Positions 35,375 to 35,964 of a DNA stretch of 35,964 nucleotides are shown piece by piece. The DNA comes from Bigelowiella natans CCMP2755 (taxonomy: Eukaryota; Protista; Cercozoa). Both the position numbers and the translations under genes were made by a program. The notes beneath the pieces were generated by a model. The model was not told the DNA's origin and searched no databases. It saw only the letters and a program-made list of their open reading frames with translations. The stretch is from contig ADNK01002768.1 of NCBI GenBank assembly GCA_000320545.1, positions 1 through 35,964 on the forward strand, written 5' to 3'. Each line of letters opens with the position of its first letter. Position 1 is the first letter of the stretch.

Positions 35375-35714
35375 CACAAACACGTTCACCGACACACGCG
35401 CGCGCACTTGCGAGGAGGCTCCAAAAGCAAATGCATATTTTTGAACTCAAAACGTTTGCACCTCAACTACTATCACATTCTTACCGAATGACAGTCGAAA
35501 GCAAAACCAAGATCTGAACCCACACGATGTGCCATAGATTCCTTTTTACATCCCTTTTTTGGTCTTCCCCGTAGGCTCGTAACGAATAGACCCCCCCCCT
35601 TCCCCAGGGATAAGCGCCATACATATCACCGAGCGACTCTGGCAGGGTGCTATTGGCCTGGGACATAATTGGGTGGTGCCGGATGAACGCAACAAGCCCT
35701 GCTCCAACGAGCGC
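30924..35714 (-). CDS. Large multi-exon hypothetical protein, 5'-truncated at window end (could be more than one gene)
   Basis: GC-richer exon-like ORFs bounded by GT/AG and separated by microsatellite-filled introns. Examples: ...SVLPPRDKAMYSENKRGF...NWEKFIQSFVGGRLDLREV; MPSFAKQLFYQNAERVLKQILKNSLSHI; QVQVYTHKARTEILQRITGDPRVMRKIEQKIRGEIVQKYKRWDIP...; terminal exon GAGDFRQHESVPENMRFVQKLL...GGGPYPY* ending at 30924. No family recognised, and not all junctions are resolved. Confidence 0.6.
33809..33880. repeat. (GA)n microsatellite
   Basis: Directly visible, intronic. Confidence 0.9.
35291..35371. repeat. (CA)n/(GA)n microsatellite
   Basis: Directly visible, intronic. Confidence 0.9.
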
Positions 35715-35964
35715 CTACGGAAGAAACTCTTATGAGAATTCCAAATCAGGCAACGAAAAGAAAGGGGATGGGGGGGGGGGGGGGGGGGGAAAAAATCCAT
35801 GGGGGAAGAAAAATTGAATTTTTGTCTGGTTTTTTGGTTGGGAAACATGTTTTTTATGGCGCCATTGTTTTTTTAATTTCCCCCCCCCCCCCCCCGGGAG
35901 AGGCCCGCGATTTTCGGGAAGAATTGGGCAAACCCCAACCCAATCAGGGGGTTCTTAGCCTGGT

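Noticed and set aside
35760-35964. Poly-G/poly-C flanked right end resembling a G-quadruplex or inverted repeat
   Set aside because: The pattern is typical of degraded sequence after a long homopolymer at a contig end.
1-35964. CRISPR arrays, rRNA/tRNA genes, reverse transcriptase or transposase
   Set aside because: No regularly spaced repeat-spacer array or recognisable motif seen by eye. tRNAscan-SE, Infernal and RepeatMasker were not run.

Overview
Intron-rich nuclear DNA from a eukaryote, probably a protist; the lineage cannot be fixed from this window. It is probably a whole contig, because both ends look like noisy read tails. The ORF track is mostly microsatellite noise, so I built gene models by hand from GT-AG splice sites and phase continuity. 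Left to right: aldo-keto reductase (-), secreted ShKT-domain protein (-), three small hypothetical or membrane genes, NodH/Stf0-like sulfotransferase (+), a 7-transmembrane receptor-like gene (-) head-to-head with a ~1,700-aa giant G-alpha fusion (+), Mpo1/DUF962-like membrane protein (-), cathepsin D-like aspartic protease (+), and a large unknown multi-exon gene (-) truncated at the right end. The G-alpha fusion carries a zinc-finger-like motif, a duplicated unknown module and a PH domain before its C-terminal G-alpha domain. Two things stand out. (1) The divergent 7TM / extra-large PH-G-alpha pair, with a clustered TGCGACA motif between them. (2) Intergenic blocks almost devoid of TpA except in CTAG, while CpG is kept, which suggests a TpA-to-TpG/CpA hypermutation process opposite in direction to fungal RIP. 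I saw no rRNA, tRNA, CRISPR or transposase/RT sequence.
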